Shown here piece after piece: positions 57,301 to 64,000 of a stretch of DNA of 64,000 bases (position 1 is the stretch's first letter; the number at the start of each line of letters is the position of its first letter). A program made the position numbers and the translations under genes. The notes beneath the pieces are model-generated. The model was not told the DNA's origin and made no database searches. It saw only the letters and a list, made by a program, of their open reading frames with translations. The stretch is taken from NCBI GenBank assembly GCA_001179505.1, contig CDMY01000418.1, positions 17,365 to 81,364 of the forward strand, in the 5' to 3' direction. This DNA is from Vitrella brassicaformis CCMP3155 (taxonomy: Eukaryota; Protista; Chromerida).

Positions 57301-59591
57301 CACAGCTGGGCACATTTCGTCCGGTCGTGATTGGCCTGTGCCTCCTCTGTAAAAGCCACGTAACCGCCTTCATAGCGCACTCCTTCTTTCCATACAAAAC
57401 TTGTGCCTCCGTCGCAGGCAACATCGGTTAGTTCTGGAAGAGGTCTACCGGGCAAAAACTTTTTGCTATAAGATTCGGAGTCTTGAGGAGCTGAGATGGC
57501 GATGTCATCTTCGGCGCGGGAGATGGACAGGGTAAGATAGCCATTTGCATCCGTGGCATTTGATCCAGCTATCACGGCCCTCTCGGGCCGGAAATGAGCC
57601 TCATTGCCGAGAAATGTGTGAGTGCTGGCCGTCCATCGGGACGTGTTCAAGCCACTAAAGTCGTCAGTCCATCTGAGAGTGAAACCTGAGCGAGACAGCC
57701 ATAAACTGCGCTTCCTGTCCTTTCTTTCCTCTTCAGACCTTTGGAAAATGGTTCGTAGTCGTACACCCTCACATAGTCGTAATACACGGTGAGTGGTAGC
57801 TTAGCGTTTTTCCGATCGAAGATTCCAGCCCAGTGCTCGGCCCATGGCATTGACGGATCGAGTGGCCACACGGACATCCTGAGATTCATCGCCTTGTTGA
57901 GCCGGGCGACTTGAGGGCTGCACTCTTCCGCGTCTGCTCCGCGAGCATCGCAGGACACTTCGTGGCGTAGGCGGTGTCCATCAAAATACCATGAAACGTA
58001 GCTTGGCGTCCACTCGATAGCAAAGTGATGAAAACTATCTTTTATGGCTTTCATTTGTGCATTCATGTTCTTTCGGTGGCGCGGAGCGGCAAGAAACATC
58101 TCGGACAGGGTGCGCCGTCCCATGTTGCCTGTTACAATGTTGGTCTGAATCGGTTCCGCGCTGTGTTTCCCCATGCCGTGCACTTCAAAGTCAATCTCCG
58201 TCCACGATGTGCCCGGCACTTTGTCACTGTCATTCTTGTAGAGGAAGAAGGCAACGAGGGTTCCATTAGCGCGGAGGTCAGGAAACAGGCGGGTCTCGAA
58301 CCGTCCATACTTGAAAGTCTCCACGGTGGCTACCTCTGCAGCGTCGAACTTGCGTCCACAGTCGCCGTAACACGACCCTACAGCCAGGCACGAACAGTCA
58401 GGTCGGAAAGGAGAGTAGAAATTGAAGGGGACGGCCGCTTACCTCCTGCTCCAGGACAGCGGCACACGCCGGTATCATGGGACACCTGGAACGAGACAGA
58501 AGCATTGTGCCGACGGCCGATGAGCGGATCACAGGTTCCGCTTCTTAGGTCGCAGCTTATGGCATCTCCTGGTGCGCCGGTGTCGCTGTCGGCGATGCAA
58601 AGCCCACGTTGCTGCACAAAACTTGTCAGTGTGACCAAAGCCAACACCGTGACGTTCGAATGAAGAAGGTGCCCTCGTTTCATAAGACGTATGCATCCCT
58701 TAACGGTTCGTAACTGCGATGAAAAAATAAAAAAGAAAAGCTGCACAGACGCCCCAGATTTGCCTCCAGATTTGCGCATGGACGTGATGCAAACACTACA
58801 AACAAACGACTCCCTGACAAACTTGAGCTCCACCAGGACGAAACAAGTGAAACTGGTTTTCCAGCTCCATTTGAGCTGGAAAACCAGTTTCGTCCTGGTG
58901 GTGTAGGGAGGCACGTTCTTGCCATCCAGAGTGTCCGTTCGTAATTGGGGCCAAGCTAGCAATCCTTTCTGTTTCGGTGTGAGGCTTTGCATGCCGCCTG
59001 CTGCGGGGAGATTTGTGGATCTTTGCAGTGCCTTGAAGCCGTGAGTTTGTTATCCGATGTCTCTTCCTCTTTCCAACTTTTCCCACTCACGCATCACGCA
59101 CCACCTCCCTCTCGTGGCCTGTCGATTTGTTGAACCTCAAAATGTCGACAGGTCAACCATTCACCTTGTCCATGATTTTCTCTTCCAACTCACCCAGTCT
59201 ACCATATCACCCAAACCCCCCTTGTGTGCACTCTACTAGACTAGTAGAGTGCACATAGTCTAGTAGAGTGCACACAAGTCAAGGATTCATTCATTCATTC
59301 GCGTCTCCTGTGAGCGCATGAAAACGCATTCATGGAAACGGTCTAGCAGCCCTGCAAAAACGAGGCAGAGACCAGGGCGGCGAGTCCGGCTCACCAAGGT
59401 TTCCCTTGGCTACCCCTGGGTTTCGAAGAAAAATGCCAGTCCGTTTTCACCCCGATGGCGCGGGGCTGCCCTGCTTGTATACGTCCCCCGGGCGAGGGGA
59501 GACCCTGCTTGTATACGTCCCCCGGGCGAGGGGAGGTGGTGTGCCAAGTATATGTTGTGGGGGTGCGTGTACGCGTCTGTCTGGCGCTTCG
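54330..59591 (+). repeat. Diverged direct-repeat blocks: 54330-54450 with 59285-59405, and 55340-55430 with 59460-59591
   Basis: Shared TTCATTCATT...GCATGAAAA...CATGGAAACG...CACCAAGGTTTCCC and GCGGGGCTGCCC...GTATAC...AGGTGGTGTGCCA...GTACGCGTCTGTCT. Confidence 0.8.
57108..58683 (-). CDS. GH16 beta-1,3-1,4-glucanase-like enzyme, circularly permuted, with signal peptide, two introns and a C-terminal PAN/apple-like domain
   Basis: KFDAAEVATVETFKYGRFETR, FFLYKND, WTEIDFEV (ExDxE), FHHFAIEWTPSYVSWYFDG, YDYVRVYDY, then after intron 57686-57738 FTLRWTDDFSGLNTSRW...TFLGN...GYLTLSI. 3' end approximate. Confidence 0.9.
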
Positions 59592-60084
59592 NNNNNNNNN
59601 NNNNNNNNNNNNNNNNNNNNNNNNNNNNNNNNNNNNNNNNNNNNNNNNNNNNNNNNNNNNNNNNNNNNNNNNNNNNNNNNNNNNNNNNNNNNNNNNNNNN
59701 NNNNNNNNNNNNNNNNNNNNNNNNNNNNNNNNNNNNNNNNNNNNNNNNNNNNNNNNNNNNNNNNNNNNNNNNNNNNNNNNNNNNNNNNNNNNNNNNNNNN
59801 NNNNNNNNNNNNNNNNNNNNNNNNNNNNNNNNNNNNNNNNNNNNNNNNNNNNNNNNNNNNNNNNNNNNNNNNNNNNNNNNNNNNNNNNNNNCCCCGTTCG
59901 CTCAGTTGTCTCTGTCTGACTTGCAATCAATCACTATTCCTTACTCGCTATTTTCACCTAAAACAGCCGTCGGGCGTGCAGCCGTGTGTAGCACAGTCAC
60001 AGCCATCAGCATGCATGTGCATGCCCGCACCTCTGTGTGTGTGGTGTGGTCAGTCAGTCGTGTGCCTGCCTCCCTGTCCTCGAG

Positions 60085-60360
60085 TAAGTCATGCAGCTAC
60101 GCTCACGCACATACCCACATCAAGCCAAACCATCCATCCATCAGTCAGTTTGTCTGTCTGTCTGTCTGCTTGCGGCTATGCGGCTGCTCTGTCCCTGGCA
60201 ATACCCACCTCCCTGCCCTCGAGTCAGTCGTGCAGCTACGCTCACGCACATACCCACATCAAGCCAAACCATCCATCCATCAGTCAGTTTGCCTGTCTGT
60301 CTGTCTGTCAGTCTGCAGCTAAACGGCTGTTCGGTCCCTGGCAATACCCACCTTCCTGTT
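60085..60360 (+). repeat. Tandem duplication of a ~140-bp unit with CCAT/CTGT microsatellites
   Basis: GCAGCTACGCTCACGCACATACCCACATCAAGCCAAACC...CCCTGGCAATACCCACCT occurs twice. Confidence 0.85.
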
Positions 60361-60784
60361 CTCGAGTTAGTCAAGGATTGATGATCCATGATGTTGCCGC
60401 GTTTTGTCCGACGGTGTCCGTGTCCGATGTGCTATGAGTAATTGCACAAAGCTCGGATGCTGGATGAAGTGTTGCTGGTGAGTGAGAGTGAGTGTTTGAT
60501 TGGGTGTGTGAAGGTTCTCTGTCACTGAAGGCTCAAGCTATCTCTGTTCGCACACGCGGAGGACTGCCCATATCAACGACTGACTGTCTGTCTCGCGGAT
60601 GGACACGCACAGATGAATCAACGAATCAACGAACGAACGACGAACGACGAATCGACGAACGGAGGAACGAACGAGCGGGTTGATGGACACACCTAGCTGC
60701 TGCTTATAGCAACTGGCCTGAGCCTGCCTGTTCGATGCGAATCAACACAGGGAGTTCGAAACAACGAAAAACGAACGAAACAAC

Positions 60785-61270
60785 TGTCGACCTTTGTATG
60801 GTCGGTGTAGATGCCGTGAGTGGACGTGACGTTAAGCGGTGTGGCTGTAGTAACGGTCAACGGTCAGCGGCATGATGTAATCGAAGACACGCAGAGGTCC
60901 AAACGAAGGTCACAAACACAATACTGCACCACCATCACACCACACAAACAACACCAGCCACACACACCAGAGGTGAGGATGGACAGGATAGGTGTAGTGA
61001 TAGGGGAGGGGTGGTGCGAGCAACGTACCGGTGGAGGTGTGGTGGTGTGCTCAACCCAAACGACCAACACACGACACGATCAACGACCAAACACCCTGCA
61101 CCACCAGCCACACGCCCACAGAGAGAGAGAGATGGATGGTGTGTGCCACGCGATATGGCGTGTGTGTGGAGGTGACGTACCATATGTAATGGATGCGCAC
61201 CCCGCAGTGAGTGTGTACCCGCCAGGCACCACGACACACGACAACCTGAACCACCGGAGGCACACAGTAA
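60785..61270 (+). repeat. Repeat homologous to the 3' region of the Copia element (29115-29612); partial third copy at 62717-62855
   Basis: Both start TGTCGACC and share AACGGTCAACG, ACTGCACCACC, ACACCAGCCACACAC, ACGTACCGGTG, ACGCCCACA(CA)GAGAGAGAGA and AGGCACACAG in the same order. Confidence 0.75.
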
Positions 61271-62416
61271 GGCGCTTTCAACGTCGGCCTGCTCTGTGTC
61301 GTGGCCCTTGGCGAGGCCCATGGCAACCCAGGCTGGCGCGGTGGCTGTCTTGACTCCCTTGGCCGCCTGCTGTCCCAGGACCGACAGGACGGGCCGCGGT
61401 CCAATCTCCATGACTATCTCACAAGCAAAGTCCCGAACGACTGTCTGGACGGCGCGGGCGAAGTGGACTCCCTTGATGATGTGCTCAGCCCAGTAAGTTG
61501 GTTGTCTGATCAGTTGCGCGTCGGCGACCTCTCCTGTGACAGTCGAGATGATCTGCATGTCTTCGGCAGGCGGCTGGAGCCCGGAGCTGAGCTTGCTGCA
61601 GATGATGTCGTTGAAGCGCTGGACAGTGTCGCTCATGAGAGGCGAGTGGAAGGCGTGCGAGACGGGCAGCAGCTGGAAGGCATTCTCCTTGTCGAGCCGC
61701 TTCATCGTCTCGAGCACCGCCGACGCCTCTCCTGACACCACCACGCTCCGAGGGCCGTTGACCGCTGCCACAGCGACGACAGGCTTGCTTTCGCCGCCCG
61801 ACGACGTATCTGAAATGACGCCGCTCACATGCTCCACAGCCTCGCGGGTGTCCTTCTCCGCCGCCCGACAAGCCGCCATGACACCGCGACGAGAGCGAGA
61901 CGCCTGCATCAGCGCAGCTCGCTGGGCTACCAGGCTCAGCCCGTCTTCCAGACAAAACACGCCAGCGACCGTCGCCGCGACATACTCGCCCAGGCTGTGA
62001 CCAAGCAGGGCAGACGGACGACGGCCTTGCTGGTCGAGTATCATGGCCGTCAAAGCGTATTCGATGGCGAAGATGACAGGCTGTGCGAATTGTGTTTGGG
62101 CGAGGACGGCCGTGACCATGGGCAGGTGGACGTCCGAGGGGTTCAAGAGCATCTGCAGAGGGACAGGCAGATGGGGCGCCAGGACCTGGCCGCACCGGTC
62201 GATGGTCTCACGGAACAGCGGCTCCTTCAGATACAGCTCCTGGCCCATCCCCACACTGTGCGACCCTTGGCCCGTGAACATGAAGGCGACGCGACGGGCC
62301 GGAGACGCCTCGTTGGCGGTGGCCGCCTGATCAGCTGCCAGAGTGGACGCTGAGGCCGTCTTGGTGGCTGCGACGAGAGCTCTCGTGCCCTCCGGGACTT
62401 CCATGACGATGTGGGC
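61270..62416 (-). CDS. Type I PKS/FAS fragment: KS C-terminus plus malonyl-specific acyltransferase (copy 1, upstream part lost in a gap)
   Basis: AHIVMEVPE; VAFMFTGQGS; GHSLGEY; AVNGPRSVVVSG; VSHAFHSPLM; EIGPRPVL. Confidence 0.9.
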
Positions 62417-62854
62417 NNNNNNNNNNNNNNNNNNNNNNNNNNNNNNNNNNNNNNNNNNNNNNNNNNNNNNNNNNNNNNNNNNNNNNNNNNNNNNNNNNNN
62501 NNNNNNNNNNNNNNNNNNNNNNNNNNNNNNNNNNNNNNNNNNNNNNNNNNNNNNNNNNNNNNNNNNNNNNNNNNNNNNNNNNNNNNNNNNNNNNNNNNNN
62601 NNNNNNNNNNNNNNNNNNNNNNNNNNNNNNNNNNNNNNNNNNNNNNNNNNNNNNNNNNNNNNNNNNNNNNNNNNNNNNNNNNNNNNNNNNNNNNNNNNNN
62701 NNNNNNNNNNNNNNNNATGGATGGTGTGTGCCACGCGATATGGCGTGTGTGTGGAGGTGACGTACCATATGTAATGGATGCGCACCCCGCAGTGAGTGTG
62801 TACCCGCCAGGCACCACGACACACGACAACCTGAACCACCGGAGGCACACAGTA

Positions 62855-64000
62855 AGGCGCTTTCAACGTCGGCCTGCTCTGTGTCGTGGCCCTTGGCGAG
62901 GCCCATGGCAACCCAGGCTGGCGCGGTGGCTGTCTTGACTCCCTTGGCCGCCTGCTGTCCCAGGACCGACAGGACGGGCCGCGGTCCGATCTCCATGACT
63001 ATCTCACAAGCAAAGTCCCGAACGACTGTCTGGACGGCGCGGGCGAAGTGGACTCCCTTGATGATGTGCTCAGCCCAGTAAGTTGGTTGTCTGATCAGTT
63101 GCGCGTCGGCGACCTCTCCTGTGACAGTCGAGATGATCTGCATGTCTTCGGCAGGCGGCTGCAGCCCGGAGCTGAGCTTGCTGCAGATGATGTCGTTGAA
63201 GCGCTGGACCGTGTCGCTCATGAGAGGCGAGTGGAAGGCGTGCGAGACGGGCAGCAGCTGGAAGGCATTCTCCTTGCCGAGGCGCTTCATCGTCTCGAGC
63301 ACCGCCGACGCCTCTCCTGACACCACCACGCTCCGAGGGCCGTTGGCCGCTGCCACAGCGACGACAGGCTTGCTTTCGCCGCCCGACGACGTATCTGAAA
63401 TGACGCCGCTCACATGCTCCACAGCCTCGCGGGTGTCCTTCTCCGCCGCCCGACAAGCGCCATGACACCGCGACGAGAGCGGGACGCCTGCATCAGCGCA
63501 GCTCGCTGGGCTACCAGGCTCAGCCCGTCTTCCAGACAGAACACGCCAGCGACCGTCGCCGCGACATACTCGCCCAGGCTGTGACCAAGCAGCGCAGACG
63601 GACGACGGCCTTGCTGGTCGAGTATCATGGCCGTCAAAGCGTATTCGATGGCGAAGATGACAGGCTGTGCGAATTGTGTTTGGGCGAGGACGGCCGTGAC
63701 CATGGGCAGGTGGACGTCCGAGGGGTTCAAGAGCATCTGCAGAGGGACAGGAAGATGGGGCGCCAGGACCTGGCCGCACCGGTCGATGGTCTCACGGAAC
63801 AGCGGCTCCTTCAGATACAGCTCCTGGCCCATCCCCACACTGTGCGACCCTTGGCCCGTGAACATGAAGGCGACGCGACGGGCCGGAGACGCCTCGTTGG
63901 CGGTGGGCGCCTGATCAGCTGCCAGAGTGGACGCTGAGGCCGTCTTGGTGGCTGCGACGAGAGCTCTCGTGCCCTCCGGGACTTCCATGACGATGTGGGC
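62855..64000 (-). pseudogene. Near-identical second KS-AT copy with a 1-nt deletion near 63459 (pseudogene, allele or sequencing error)
   Basis: ATGGCGCTTGTC versus ATGGCGGCTTGTC in copy 1; a few other substitutions. Confidence 0.8.

Overview
Eukaryotic, intron-rich, GC-rich genomic DNA from a photosynthetic alveolate. The bipartite-leader LHC gene, ERK7 kinase, short GT-AG introns and gene style fit a chromerid such as Vitrella brassicaformis (inference). Seven 300-N gap placeholders are present. Supportable host genes are an ERK7/MAPK15 kinase, a NAP/SET histone chaperone, an Lhcr-type light-harvesting protein, a GT64 (exostosin-like) glycosyltransferase, a GH13 alpha-amylase with a PAN/apple domain, a GH16 beta-glucanase, two tandem type I PKS/FAS KS-AT fragments and two unknown genes. 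Decayed genes include a second GH16 locus and a CDKL kinase lacking its core. Much of the rest is mobile or repeated DNA. The strongest oddities are: (1) a frameshifted Ty1/Copia gag-pol bounded by ~550-bp INVERTED repeats, with no direct LTRs, PBS or PPT visible, whose 3' region recurs fused to the PKS fragments; (2) an intron-containing GH16 with the circularly permuted order of the Fibrobacter-type bacterial licheninase; (3) a very AT-rich, intronless, decayed island with methyltransferase-like motifs; (4) three unrelated sequences sharing one 'arm-partial arm-inverted arm' palindrome geometry; (5) an unrecognised, putatively plastid-targeted ORF head-to-head with the LHC gene. Exon boundaries, alignments and identities were judged by eye and are approximate.
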